Position numbers and translations under genes: made by a program
Virus record (IMG/VR): IMGVR_UViG_3300042691_023467
Length of the DNA: 64,000 nt
Origin: an uncultured virus (IMG/VR IMGVR_UViG_3300042691_023467)
Taxonomy: Duplodnaviria; Heunggongvirae; Uroviricota; Caudoviricetes
Direction: 5' to 3' (one strand)
In this document: positions 48,021 to 58,147 of the stretch, in pieces
Layout: each line of letters opens with the position of its first letter
Position numbering within the stretch: position 1 is the first letter of the stretch
The notes under the pieces: model-generated
Seen by the model: only the letters and a program-made list of their open reading frames with translations
Database searches by the model: none
What the model was told of the DNA's origin: nothing

Positions 48021-48605
48021 ATGAATTATCCGATAATAGGGATTTCTGGAGCAGCAAGATCTGGAAAAGATACTTTATGTAAAGCACTTATAAGATTTTT
48101 TAAAACCAAAAACATAAAAGCCGAAAGAAAATCAATAGCAGGAGATACGGTAAAAGGAGATTTAAAAAATATTATAGGTAAAAAATTGAAAATAGATACC
48201 TTTACCGAAGATTCAAATATAAAAACTTTAATTAGACCTTTACTCGTTGAGTATGGAAAGTTGATGAGAAATAAAACTGAAGGTAGATACTTTATAGAAA
48301 AATTTAAAAAATCTCAAAATAATATAACTATTATTCCAGACATAAGATATGCCGAATATAAAAAAGATGAATTGTTTTGGTTAAAAAAAGAACAACATGG
48401 TTTTCTAATTTTTATAAAACATGAATATGTTTTAGATGCTAATGAAACGGAAAAAATAAACAATAAAGTAATTAAAAAAGATTGTGATTATTTTTTAAAA
48501 TGGTCTACTTTATGTGAAGAAAATCCAATAGATTTAGAAAAAATAAATTCTATAGCAGAAAAAATAGGAACATTATATTTAAAAAAATTTACCACTTTCC
48601 AATAG
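48021..48605 (+). CDS. Deoxynucleoside monophosphate kinase (T4 gp1-like)
   Basis: IIGISGAARSGKDT, RPLLVEYG..R, IIPDIRY..E. Confidence 0.85.
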   Translation: MNYPIIGISGAARSGKDTLCKALIRFFKTKNIKAERKSIAGDTVKGDLKNIIGKKLKIDTFTEDSNIKTLIRPLLVEYGKLMRNKTEGRYFIEKFKKSQNNITIIPDIRYAEYKKDELFWLKKEQHGFLIFIKHEYVLDANETEKINNKVIKKDCDYFLKWSTLCEENPIDLEKINSIAEKIGTLYLKKFTTFQ

Positions 48606-48900
48606 GACAGTTTGATGCTTTTAAATAAGTTTTAATGGCCATATTACATCCACACTTTGTACATCTTTCGGCTCCTCTATCGAAAAATTCACACGAACCG
48701 CATATAGATTTTCTATGGTTTATAACAGCATCTGAAGCGTTAATAGGATTGCCTTGAGAAATACTTTTAACGTTTCTAACAACATCCTTTGTCAAATTTT
48801 TAACCATTTGAAAATTTGAAGGATAATTTTTTTTGTTAGAATTTTGCAATTCTCTTATTTTATTTTCTTGAATTTTTTGTTTTAAAAAATCTTTATTCAT
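48589..48900 (-). CDS. Small Cys-rich protein (DUF6171-like)
   Basis: R..IC..C......C..CGC...KT......CPIGKW. Confidence 0.7.
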   Translation of the reverse strand: MNKDFLKQKIQENKIRELQNSNKKNYPSNFQMVKNLTKDVVRNVKSISQGNPINASDAVINHRKSICGSCEFFDRGAERCTKCGCNMAIKTYLKASNCPIGKW

Positions 48901-48902
48901 AA

Positions 48903-50498
48903 TTAAGCATTGTATTTTTCGTCTTTTATTTCAAAAATTTTACTATGAGAATCTACTTTATTAGCTACTATAACATTTGAATATAGTTCTTTGCTAAATT
49001 TATGTTCAACCTCAACCATCATCCACTGACCTAAAAACTTATCCCAAAAGTCATTTTGATATTCATCAGAATGTACGCTTTCTAATGTGAAAAAATTACC
49101 GGGTGCTCTAAATGTAAGACCATAAGTTTGAAATACTAACGCTTGATTTAAAAACACAAAATCCTTTAACATTTGAATTTGCGGTAAATTCTTTGGTATT
49201 TCTTTCACCGCTGAAAATACATTTTTTAAAGCGGAGTTTTGTTGTTTAATTTTGTTAATCTTTAAAAGAACTTGGCCGTTATTTGAATTCAAATTATGAA
49301 GACCAGAAACCATTTCTTTTACTTTATTTTCAAAATCGTTTATAGTATTATCTTTAAATAAAATATTAAATTCTCCTGTTGAAAAATCAAAATAATGTTG
49401 AGGAGAGCTTACTAAATTTCTGTCGTCTATATTAGACATTGGACAAAATTGGTATGATGTTACTTTAGATGCAATTCCAGATGTAAAATTTTTTAAAGAA
49501 TTTTGTGGTTCTTTATCAAAATCTGGTCCTCTAGAAACCCATTTTCCTTTTTCTAAAGATGCATCTTTAGTATCATAAAATACAAATCTTTCTTTTTGGT
49601 TTTTTGCGGAATCGTCAAAATATCTTTTTAATGAAACTAATTTAAATTTTTTATCCTCTGATGATCTTCCTATATTTAATATAACAGGAAATCCTTTTTC
49701 GTCGCAGCAATAAGGAAGAACATTCTCAATGTCATCAGATATATTATTAGAAGCATATGAAGTATAAAATATTTTATTATCATCACTTCCATTATTCCAA
49801 TTATCATTATCTATAGAAATAGCATCTTGATCTGGTTTGTCTATAGAACCGTTTTTTAAATAACCAATTTTTATATTAGTTTCATCTGGATATAATGCTG
49901 CTTTTTCTAATAATTTTTTTATAGCTACATTAGGATTAAGCTGCCTATCAGACTCGCTTAAAAATTGTTGAATGTTGTTCATTTCTTTAGCTATTAAAGC
50001 TGTAGACCACTCTAAATTTCTTTCTAAGAATAATTGATATCTTTCATCCCATAAATAATATGTTTTAAATTTTTTCTCTGCATTGTCAGTTGGTTGATCT
50101 TGAACATCATAAACTACAAAATCAAAACATAATTCAAAATCTTTTAAATTTTCAGATATAAATTCATTTTCGCTTTTATTATTTGGATTTACAGGATGTA
50201 ATCTTACGCAAAATTTATTTCTACCATCCGGTCTATCAGTCATTAAATTTTCAGCACTTTTCTTTTCTCCTGTTTTATCTTTATATGTTGATCCTTTTTC
50301 TAAAAACTGAAAATCGTTTTGTAATGTTATGTAACCAGTAGCCCACCATTGATTTAAATTTTCTTTTATAGAAAGTTCTTCAACTATATTCATCGGTATG
50401 AATACAGGATTTTTTATTCCATTATAAAAACATATTTCTACATAATAAAACTGAGTACCAATTTGATATATATAACCTTTTCCGCTATCAGTATTCAT
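48903..50498 (-). CDS. Putative baseplate hub protein (gp27-like)
   Basis: ELSIKENL....TGYITL.ND at the N-end and G...RAPG.FF...GQWM..EVEHKF at the C-end fit hub/GpD-type proteins. Confidence 0.55.
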   Translation of the reverse strand: MNTDSGKGYIYQIGTQFYYVEICFYNGIKNPVFIPMNIVEELSIKENLNQWWATGYITLQNDFQFLEKGSTYKDKTGEKKSAENLMTDRPDGRNKFCVRLHPVNPNNKSENEFISENLKDFELCFDFVVYDVQDQPTDNAEKKFKTYYLWDERYQLFLERNLEWSTALIAKEMNNIQQFLSESDRQLNPNVAIKKLLEKAALYPDETNIKIGYLKNGSIDKPDQDAISIDNDNWNNGSDDNKIFYTSYASNNISDDIENVLPYCCDEKGFPVILNIGRSSEDKKFKLVSLKRYFDDSAKNQKERFVFYDTKDASLEKGKWVSRGPDFDKEPQNSLKNFTSGIASKVTSYQFCPMSNIDDRNLVSSPQHYFDFSTGEFNILFKDNTINDFENKVKEMVSGLHNLNSNNGQVLLKINKIKQQNSALKNVFSAVKEIPKNLPQIQMLKDFVFLNQALVFQTYGLTFRAPGNFFTLESVHSDEYQNDFWDKFLGQWMMVEVEHKFSKELYSNVIVANKVDSHSKIFEIKDEKYNA

Positions 50499-50504
50499 AT
50501 AATT

Positions 50505-51113
50505 TTAACACAAATTATCATTTACATTTTTAAGTAAATCTACGTGTAATTGATTAAATGCAAATGAAACATTACACACTATTTCATTAGCAGTCTGATT
50601 ATCAAATGATATTTCACCCAAAGAAATTGGAAATGCATTTGTATAAGAAAATGATATAATCTTATTATTATATTCATCAATTCCAAATATAGAAATTTTT
50701 GAAGTAAAATCTACCATAGGATTTTTTAAATATATAGGTTCATCATTTAAAACTGGAACGTTTATAGATTCTGTTAATTTTGTTTTTGATTGTTTAAAAT
50801 CATTAAATAAATTTAACCATTTCCATAAAACCCAATAATTTTTATATCCATTATCAACTAAAAATTTTATATTCAAGTCGTTGTATGATGGTCTACTTAA
50901 AGATGATGATTTATATACCTGACCTCCGTATGGAATTTCTATAGCTGGTATTTTTATATCAGGAACTGGAGAACCAAATATAGTGAATTGTATACTATCT
51001 GCTCTATTTTCAGATTGTAAAACTCTATCATAAGTATCCTTTAACATTTTTGGTATATCAACAACCAAAATAAATTTATCACTTCTAGATCTGTTTAATG
51101 CGGATTGATACAT
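50505..51113 (-). CDS. Tail tube-fold protein (gp3/gp19-like tail completion)
   Basis: P.I.IP, Y.DL.I.FLVD..Y.NY..L.KW, F.Y.NAFP.SLG.I.F, C.VSF.F. Confidence 0.7.
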   Translation of the reverse strand: MYQSALNRSRSDKFILVVDIPKMLKDTYDRVLQSENRADSIQFTIFGSPVPDIKIPAIEIPYGGQVYKSSSLSRPSYNDLNIKFLVDNGYKNYWVLWKWLNLFNDFKQSKTKLTESINVPVLNDEPIYLKNPMVDFTSKISIFGIDEYNNKIISFSYTNAFPISLGEISFDNQTANEIVCNVSFAFNQLHVDLLKNVNDNLC

Positions 51114-51114
51114 A

Positions 51115-52974
51115 TTAAAATATTATAGGACAAAATGTTTCATTTATATTTACTTTTTCTTCTTGTTTTAAGTCTTGTTTATTATTTTTTTGATTCCCCC
51201 AGCCGAGCAACCAACTTTTAAGTTCACTTTCATCATCAATCGTTGCAACTTTTTCAATATCAATTGGTCCCACGTGAGAAAACGAAGCATTAACCTGAGT
51301 TGCTGTTTTTTTAAAGTGCGACATTCTACCTTCAAACAACGGACTTTTTTTAATTAAATCGGAATTGTCATTTAACGGTGTTATTCGAAGTGGACGACCT
51401 TGATCATCCACATCTGCTATAATGTAATACTTTTCAGCGACCGAAGGATCTAATATAAATAAAGCCCATATCATAGACATAACTCTATCATCTCTATCCG
51501 TATCTTTTCTTTTGCTGAATGTAAAGTTTGGAAGTTTAACAAAAGTTTCTAATTCCAATAATGTGTCTAAGTCATTATACTTAACAGCATTTAAACTGTT
51601 AGACCAATATCTAAAATTTACAACACCTTTATATTTTGTATTTGTATGATTATAAATACCAAGTCTATTTTCTTTATTATAAAATTTACTTCCTTGTATA
51701 TCATACGAAACTATAGATTCATAGTTATGTGTATGATGTAAAACGTCCAATACTTGCTGTCCGTTATTATTATTTTCTACTAATACTGGAGGTCTTCCCC
51801 AATCTTCTAATATACCCATTAATCTTGTTCCAAAATGATAAGGACTTATTGTATTGGACGCAAACACTGCAACTTGTTCTATTTTAGTTAAATCTTGTAT
51901 ATTTAATATTTGTGCTACGGTATTACTTCTACCTATTCCTTCTCCAACGTCTACACCAACAACATATATACCATCTGGAGACGGAGTGCTATATATTCTA
52001 TATGCTCCATCATCCATTACGTATATAGGCTCTCTACATTGAGATTGTAATTGTTTTAATAAGTCTGGATCTATAGCGGTTTTACCCGGCTCATGAAATT
52101 TATTGCAATATTCTTGCTCAAAATCATCCATGTTATTATTCAATAAACTTAACGTTTCTCTTTTCCAATCTTCATCTCTACCCGGAACGTCATACCAGTT
52201 AACAGTTTCTAGATGCCAAGAACTTTTTTCTTTTTGCGATTCTTTATAAAGTTCGTAAAATTTATTATCAGTTCCATTTGGCGTTGATATAACAACGATT
52301 TGAGATTTTTTTGATGATGAAATAATAGGAATAGCACTCTTCCAAAGTTCTTGCATAACCTCATTTGGACAGTGAGCCATCTCATCAATGATCAATAGAT
52401 TTGATGTGCTACCTCTAGGACCAGATGATGAGGATGTACTAACTTTTATTTCAGAATCATTACCAAGTTGAAATCCATCTTTTCTCCAAGACTTAACACT
52501 CGGTTTCATCCAAACTGGAAGTTCTTCAAATGACATTTTAATTCTAGAAAATATTTCTTTTGCCGTTGATTCTTTATTAGCTACAATTGTTATTCTTTTA
52601 TCAGCTTGAAAACAAACTATCCATAAAGCATAAATTGTTATAGTTGTAGTTTTTCCAGATTGTCTACTGGATAAAATAATATTAAATCTATTATCTCTAA
52701 ATGCTCTTAAAAGTTTTTTTTGGTATTTATATAATTCTATTTTTTTCTTACCATCATCTATAGTATTTATGAAAAAGTAGTTTTCCGCAAAATGCAAAAT
52801 ATTTTTTGCGCATTTTTCGAACTCTTCTATCATCTCTGGGTTCCATTTTATTTGTGCATCTCCGCGCAATAAATTTTCGTTACCTTTATAAAATGATGCA
52901 TCAACTAAAATATCTTTTTTATCTAAATTAGATAGATCTACTTTTTCAGTTATTTCTTTTTTTCTTCGACCCAT
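51115..52974 (-). CDS. gp17: Terminase large subunit (gp17-like)
   Basis: LYKYQ, SRQSGKTT, ANK, IIDEMAH, ISTPNG, FEQEY; nuclease GVDVGEG, VENN, DDRVMS. Confidence 0.96.
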   Translation of the reverse strand: MGRRKKEITEKVDLSNLDKKDILVDASFYKGNENLLRGDAQIKWNPEMIEEFEKCAKNILHFAENYFFINTIDDGKKKIELYKYQKKLLRAFRDNRFNIILSSRQSGKTTTITIYALWIVCFQADKRITIVANKESTAKEIFSRIKMSFEELPVWMKPSVKSWRKDGFQLGNDSEIKVSTSSSSGPRGSTSNLLIIDEMAHCPNEVMQELWKSAIPIISSSKKSQIVVISTPNGTDNKFYELYKESQKEKSSWHLETVNWYDVPGRDEDWKRETLSLLNNNMDDFEQEYCNKFHEPGKTAIDPDLLKQLQSQCREPIYVMDDGAYRIYSTPSPDGIYVVGVDVGEGIGRSNTVAQILNIQDLTKIEQVAVFASNTISPYHFGTRLMGILEDWGRPPVLVENNNNGQQVLDVLHHTHNYESIVSYDIQGSKFYNKENRLGIYNHTNTKYKGVVNFRYWSNSLNAVKYNDLDTLLELETFVKLPNFTFSKRKDTDRDDRVMSMIWALFILDPSVAEKYYIIADVDDQGRPLRITPLNDNSDLIKKSPLFEGRMSHFKKTATQVNASFSHVGPIDIEKVATIDDESELKSWLLGWGNQKNNKQDLKQEEKVNINETFCPIIF

Positions 52975-52981
52975 AAGTTCA

Positions 52982-52994
52982 ATAAATATTTATA
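52982..52994. promoter_or_regulatory. Back-to-back late promoters in the palindrome ATAAATATTTAT
   Basis: TATAAATA on - (52987-52994) toward terminase; TAAATA on + (52983-52988) toward 53010. Confidence 0.55.
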
Positions 52995-53009
52995 CAACAT
53001 ACTTAAAAA

Positions 53010-53396
53010 ATGAATACTAATGATGAATTTATAAATTTAGGAAGACAAGATAAGGCATATACTTACATAAGTAAATGGAAACTCCTTAAGCTTGATGTTG
53101 TAGACCCAAATGGTATTTGGAGTAAAATACAAAAAAAATTAAAAGATCTTAAAGATGATGATAAATTAGAAGTATTCACACAAGATCAAATAAGAAAATT
53201 TTTCTTAACACGTCCAGAGATAGATATGGAAATAAATTTCTTTTCGGATTTGATGCCAAGTTGTTTAGTTTTTAAATATAAAAGAAGAATCTATTGTTAT
53301 ACATACGGCAAAGTAAAAAGAAAAAACGGTAGAAAAATAACCGCTAGATTTTATTTTGATTTAAATAAAGTTTTATCTCTTAACTTGCCTATTTAA
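53010..53396 (+). CDS. Hypothetical protein
   Basis: 128-aa basic ORF divergent from terminase. Confidence 0.6.
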   Translation: MNTNDEFINLGRQDKAYTYISKWKLLKLDVVDPNGIWSKIQKKLKDLKDDDKLEVFTQDQIRKFFLTRPEIDMEINFFSDLMPSCLVFKYKRRIYCYTYGKVKRKNGRKITARFYFDLNKVLSLNLPI

Positions 53397-53726
53397 TTCA
53401 TCTAGTATTATACTAAGATATTCGTTTTTAAGTAGTTTTAATTTAGTACCCGGTTCTGGCATTTTAGTTGGGTCTTTTATTTGATTATATTCACATACAA
53501 GCCACCATAAATTCATATTATTGTAATATTTATATGATATAAAAATCCAAGTGTCTTTTGGTTTTACTACATATTCTTCTTCTACAGAAGTTTCATTTGC
53601 TGGTATTATGTTTATGTTTTTTAATAAATTATAAAATAAAAATCCATCATCATCTTGATATAAATTGAAAAAATTTTCATATCTAGTATATGCTAATTTG
53701 TTTGGGTTTTTTATTGGACCGTTCAT
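53373..53726 (-). CDS. gp53: Baseplate wedge protein, LysM-like (gp53-like)
   Basis: YVVKPKDTW..ISYKYY....LWWLVC.YNQI.DP.....GTKLK. Confidence 0.75.
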   Translation of the reverse strand: MNGPIKNPNKLAYTRYENFFNLYQDDDGFLFYNLLKNINIIPANETSVEEEYVVKPKDTWIFISYKYYNNMNLWWLVCEYNQIKDPTKMPEPGTKLKLLKNEYLSIILDELNRQVKR

Positions 53727-53729
53727 ATA

Positions 53730-55004
53730 TTATAATTTTAATTGAGCTTTAGCCATATTTATTTTTTGAGTAGCTTCAGCATAAGCCCTCCCATTTGGAT
53801 CAAGAGAAGGAAGTATAGCAGTATATTGATCTACAGTATTTTGTAAATTAGCTCTATTATTATCATAAGTTCTTGTGTCTACTTCTTTAGCAAATTCTAC
53901 TGCATTAATTTCTGCTTTTGTTTTTGGTGTTGCGTTTGGAAATTGTTCTGTTAGCTGTTGTGTATTTTGAGCTTCCGATGTTTTTTGAGCTTCCGGTGTT
54001 TTTTTTATCTCGTTTTCTCTTTTTCTGTTAAAGTCTTCAAATTCACGAATTAAACTTCCGGCATCAGAAACTTCAATTCTATCTCCTCCTATACTTCCAG
54101 CAAATATATTTGAACTGTTTTGAACAAGTTCCATGAAAGTAATATTAACTTTATATGCTTCTGGCATTAATATTTCTGGAACACCAAACTCTCTAAATTC
54201 TATCATTCTTCTAGTTGTTCCTATACAATCAACTTGTAAATTTTGAACTATAGAAACTGGAGAATATATTCCACCTTGAGTTTCTCCATAATCTAAACGA
54301 TATATTTTAGGAGGAATGTAAGTTGCTAAAGACGTTCTGGTTTTTAAATTTTGAAATATAAAAAGATTTATAAAACAATAGTTGTTATATGCAGATTCTA
54401 TTGAAAATGTGTTATATAAAGGAAATGAAATATTAAATGTTCTAGGTGCGGTTCCAGAGTAGTTATATACATCATCAAACCCAAATCCCGGAGTTGCCAT
54501 TCCTACAGCAAAACTAACTCCAGCCTCCAACATAGCTTCTCCTGTTCCTCCGGATGATTTTCCATCAGCTAACTTATTAATCATGTTTTGAGGGCCAGAC
54601 GTAATAGTTTGCCAGTTGTTATTAACCGAATATAAATTATTATTACTTAAAAGATGAGGAAATACATATTTAAATCCTGTAGGTTCTGAAGCATATAGTT
54701 GTGGATATATATCACCGCCTCCTTTTGGATCTCCTGCAATTCCGTTTAATGTACCTCCTATTGATTGAACTAATGATAATAAACTTGTAGTGTATGTACC
54801 ATAGGTTAATTCTCTTTCATAAGCATATATTCTTGGTACTTCTTGTGTAGATCCTTTATTCTTCCAATCAAAATTATCACATATGTTTATTACAGAAGAA
54901 CCACCCTTTGGAATAGCTTTTAAATATGGTTGAGCTATTTTTTTATTAAAAACGCTAAAGCTTATTTCTTTAACATCAAAAAATTTATTGTTGGGTTTAC
55001 TCAT
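53730..55004 (-). CDS. Putative baseplate / tail-tube initiator (gp48-like)
   Basis: Y.G..PRTFNISF.L, PP.IY, V..L.V, P.AYKV.ITF.EL; lies between tape measure and LysM genes. Confidence 0.55.
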   Translation of the reverse strand: MSKPNNKFFDVKEISFSVFNKKIAQPYLKAIPKGGSSVINICDNFDWKNKGSTQEVPRIYAYERELTYGTYTTSLLSLVQSIGGTLNGIAGDPKGGGDIYPQLYASEPTGFKYVFPHLLSNNNLYSVNNNWQTITSGPQNMINKLADGKSSGGTGEAMLEAGVSFAVGMATPGFGFDDVYNYSGTAPRTFNISFPLYNTFSIESAYNNYCFINLFIFQNLKTRTSLATYIPPKIYRLDYGETQGGIYSPVSIVQNLQVDCIGTTRRMIEFREFGVPEILMPEAYKVNITFMELVQNSSNIFAGSIGGDRIEVSDAGSLIREFEDFNRKRENEIKKTPEAQKTSEAQNTQQLTEQFPNATPKTKAEINAVEFAKEVDTRTYDNNRANLQNTVDQYTAILPSLDPNGRAYAEATQKINMAKAQLKL

Positions 55005-55005
55005 A

Positions 55006-57267
55006 TTATATTATTCTTAATGGAGACTGAATATAAGATGTTCTACTTCTAAGTATAGGATCTGATACATTCATTGTAAATTTATTTTGATTTGCTCCTG
55101 CATTACTAATATTTACGACAGAATTATTACTTGTTTTTTGTTGTGATAATAATGTTTTGGATAGTTCTCCAAATTGTTTAGCCATAATTTCAAAATTAGA
55201 TATTAAATTTTTATTCATCTGCTCAAAAACACCATCTGGTTTAGCCGCCATTATTTTAAATTGATCGTCAGGAGCAAATTTAGCTATTGTATTATTTCCT
55301 ACTTTTAATTTTGGAGTATAATCAATTTCTCCATCTTGAACTTCAGTAATAACGCGATTAGATTGTAATGCATTAGGCCATGCGCTTCTATCATCACTTT
55401 CTGGTCCTCTAATTCTAGCACCAGATTCTTCCAATAATTTTAATTTTTCTTTAAGATCATTTAGTTGTTTTTCTTTTTCTAAAGATACTTCTTTAGAAGA
55501 AGTAAAATCAATGATTTCTTTTCTAGTTTTTGCTGCTTCTTCATTTAATTTTGTTATAGCAGAATATCTTTCAGTTTTTGGTTTAGATGTATCAAAAAAT
55601 TGACTTTCATTTTTTTGAATATCAAATTCCGACTTTTGAACATCAAATTCCGACTTTTGAACATCAAATTCCGACTCTGGTTTAGAATCCCATCCCATTG
55701 TTTTAGCTACTAAATTATATAACCAATTTGGAAGATATTTTTTCATAAACGTTTTTGTACTTTCTTGCCAAAATTTACCCATGTCTAATTTAGACTGTCC
55801 AGTTTTTGTTTCTACTTTTACGTTTTCTTCAAATAAAGGAAGAAGAAAAGATGACATGAATGACAATGGACTATCATTTAATGTTTTAAGACCTTTAACG
55901 GCTTTTCCTGTATCTCCAGACATTAATCCCGTAACATAATCCCAAAGACCACTTCCCATATTTGAAATGCTTTTAATTATTGGATTATTTAATAATGCTT
56001 TTCCTATAGTTTTTGGTAAGTTTTTTAACCAATCTGCATTTTGTTTTTCTTTTTTTGTGTCTTCGTCTGTTTTCGTTATGTCCAAGTATGCGTTTAATGC
56101 TAATGCACCCCAACTTAAAGCTGCTCCGAGAGGACCAGAAACGGGAGTTATAAAGCTTCCGAATGCACCGAGTACGTCTATCAAAGCACCTCTAAAATCT
56201 CCATTTTTAAATCTATCCCAAGCAAACCCTAAACTTATGATACCACCTATCAGCGGTATAAATCTAACCATTTGTAGAAGTTTACCGCCAACCTTTGCTA
56301 ACAATCCGGGCATAAATTTCTTACCAGCAGCTTCTCCTCCCTCTGCCAGTGTGGTTGATGCGGCTTTTCCCCCACCTCCCGTTATGAAATTGAATACTCC
56401 CTTTATCATTCCTTGAGCAAAGTCTTCTATAGTTTTAAATACAACACCACCTATATTCAACCCTTTTGCCGCAAAAGTATATATAGTTTTTTCGAGAGCA
56501 TTAAACGTACCCTTTAATCTATCCATGAAATCAAACTTTTCTTCTAAAAACGGTCTTATATAATCACCCCAAAATGCAGCTAAAACCCCTCCGGTTACTA
56601 TATAACCCAATAAATCTAAAAGAGAATTTGAACCTTCCTTTTCTTTATCTTCTGGTTGTTTTTCCGATTGTTTTTGTTTTTCTGTTTTTTCTTTTAATTC
56701 AAAATATTTTCCAAAAAGATCACTCAAAAATTTATTTGTATTTTCACTAAATTCTATAATAGAAGTTTCTTTACCCAAACCTCTTTGTTCTTGTATGTTG
56801 TTTTGATTTTTGTTTTTTTCACCAGTCTGTTGTTTATCATTTTTTATTTCTGGAGAAACTTCTGTATTGTTTTCGTTTAATGTTGGAGGAGCTTGTTTAG
56901 GTTGTTCGGGCGTTGATGTTGTTGATTTAGTATTAACGTCATCATCGTCTTTTTTATTTAAACTTTCAGTAGCTTTTCTTAGTTGTTTTCTTAACTTGTT
57001 TTTATATTCCTTATATTCATCTCTTAAAGAATCGGGATCTCTTAACAAGCCAGATAAACCTAGAGGATCAAATATTCTTTTTATGTCCTGAGTTTTTATA
57101 TTATCTAATTGATTTTTAAACTTATCCAAGAAATTTTTCTTAAACGATCTTCTTAAATCATCAATATCGTTTTGAGTATCAAATAACAACATTTCCGCAA
57201 ATTCTTTTGCAGTTAAAGAACCCTCAATGTTGAGTTTATTTAATAATTCTTCAGACAATTCAGCCAT
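55006..57267 (-). CDS. Putative tape measure / gp29-like baseplate hub protein
   Basis: Long helical protein with Gly/Ala-rich hydrophobic segments (RFIPLIGGIISLGFAWDRF..GD..GA); position downstream of gp26-like genes. Confidence 0.65.
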   Translation of the reverse strand: MAELSEELLNKLNIEGSLTAKEFAEMLLFDTQNDIDDLRRSFKKNFLDKFKNQLDNIKTQDIKRIFDPLGLSGLLRDPDSLRDEYKEYKNKLRKQLRKATESLNKKDDDDVNTKSTTSTPEQPKQAPPTLNENNTEVSPEIKNDKQQTGEKNKNQNNIQEQRGLGKETSIIEFSENTNKFLSDLFGKYFELKEKTEKQKQSEKQPEDKEKEGSNSLLDLLGYIVTGGVLAAFWGDYIRPFLEEKFDFMDRLKGTFNALEKTIYTFAAKGLNIGGVVFKTIEDFAQGMIKGVFNFITGGGGKAASTTLAEGGEAAGKKFMPGLLAKVGGKLLQMVRFIPLIGGIISLGFAWDRFKNGDFRGALIDVLGAFGSFITPVSGPLGAALSWGALALNAYLDITKTDEDTKKEKQNADWLKNLPKTIGKALLNNPIIKSISNMGSGLWDYVTGLMSGDTGKAVKGLKTLNDSPLSFMSSFLLPLFEENVKVETKTGQSKLDMGKFWQESTKTFMKKYLPNWLYNLVAKTMGWDSKPESEFDVQKSEFDVQKSEFDIQKNESQFFDTSKPKTERYSAITKLNEEAAKTRKEIIDFTSSKEVSLEKEKQLNDLKEKLKLLEESGARIRGPESDDRSAWPNALQSNRVITEVQDGEIDYTPKLKVGNNTIAKFAPDDQFKIMAAKPDGVFEQMNKNLISNFEIMAKQFGELSKTLLSQQKTSNNSVVNISNAGANQNKFTMNVSDPILRSRTSYIQSPLRII
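55612..55674. repeat. 3 x 21-bp tandem repeat (SEFDVQK/SEFDVQK/SEFDIQK)
   Basis: CTTTTGAACATCAAATTCCGA twice exactly plus one copy with 2 mismatches. Confidence 0.92.
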
Positions 57268-57302
57268 ATATAATACTTATACGGCTATAAAGATTTGATA
57301 AA

Positions 57303-58130
57303 TTAGTTTAAAAATAAAATACTATCTATTTTTATTACTCCGGTATACTCATCTTTCTTAACTGTTAAGATGTCATCCAATTTAAGTTTCCATTTTGAAA
57401 TGGTTTCTATAATCTTTTGAAGTATTTTACTTGGTAATTTTTCAGTTATTTGTATTTTTTGTTTTAGCGTTAAACCGCAAAAATCTATTTCATTTGATGA
57501 AACAAAAATTTTATTTATATATTTTGAAGATTCTGTTATAAACGCTTCAGTTACAATATTTTTAACATCTTCTTCTGTTTTTATATCAGAAGATTTTTTA
57601 AAGATTTTAATTATATCATTATCATAATCAACTTCTTGTTTTATTGTTGGTAGTTTTATCAAAACATTTATAGATACGTTTTCGTTTGAAATTGAAATTT
57701 CATCTGTATCACTTTCAAGTTCAAAAGTTTTAAACTTTTCAACCACATCATTTAAATCTATATCTTTTGTTATGTTATTGTTATTATCGAATAACATCTT
57801 ATAAGAATTTGATATTCTGTTTCTTAAGTTTATTGCTATACAAGCTTTATCTATAATAGTTAAATTATCTAAATCTTCTTTTTTAAATTCTTCACTTTCA
57901 ATAAGATTGTTTTTAATGATTTCATAAAAAGAATTAGAAAAAAATGTATTATAAATAGAATTTTCCATCGCAGCAGATAAAAGCATTTTTTGTTGTTTTC
58001 CTTCTATTTCTTTAAAATTTAGAAATGTTTTTAACGACGGAATCCAAATACTAACTTTAAATGTTTCAGTTGCAGAATTTAATAAATTTATCGCTGAATT
58101 AAAATCAACTATTGTATTTTCTTCTATCAT
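57303..58130 (-). CDS. gp26: Baseplate hub assembly protein (gp26-like)
   Basis: IPSL....FK.I.GKQQK.LL, LT.ID...I.I.LR, IK.PT; tail-assembly context. Confidence 0.6.
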   Translation of the reverse strand: MIEENTIVDFNSAINLLNSATETFKVSIWIPSLKTFLNFKEIEGKQQKMLLSAAMENSIYNTFFSNSFYEIIKNNLIESEEFKKEDLDNLTIIDKACIAINLRNRISNSYKMLFDNNNNITKDIDLNDVVEKFKTFELESDTDEISISNENVSINVLIKLPTIKQEVDYDNDIIKIFKKSSDIKTEEDVKNIVTEAFITESSKYINKIFVSSNEIDFCGLTLKQKIQITEKLPSKILQKIIETISKWKLKLDDILTVKKDEYTGVIKIDSILFLN

Positions 58131-58147
58131 AATAAAAAGTATTTATA

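Noticed and set aside
30598..52974. Inteins or introns in polymerase, UvsX, helicase or terminase
   Set aside because: Lengths are normal, motifs are contiguous, and no intein termini or embedded endonuclease domains were seen.
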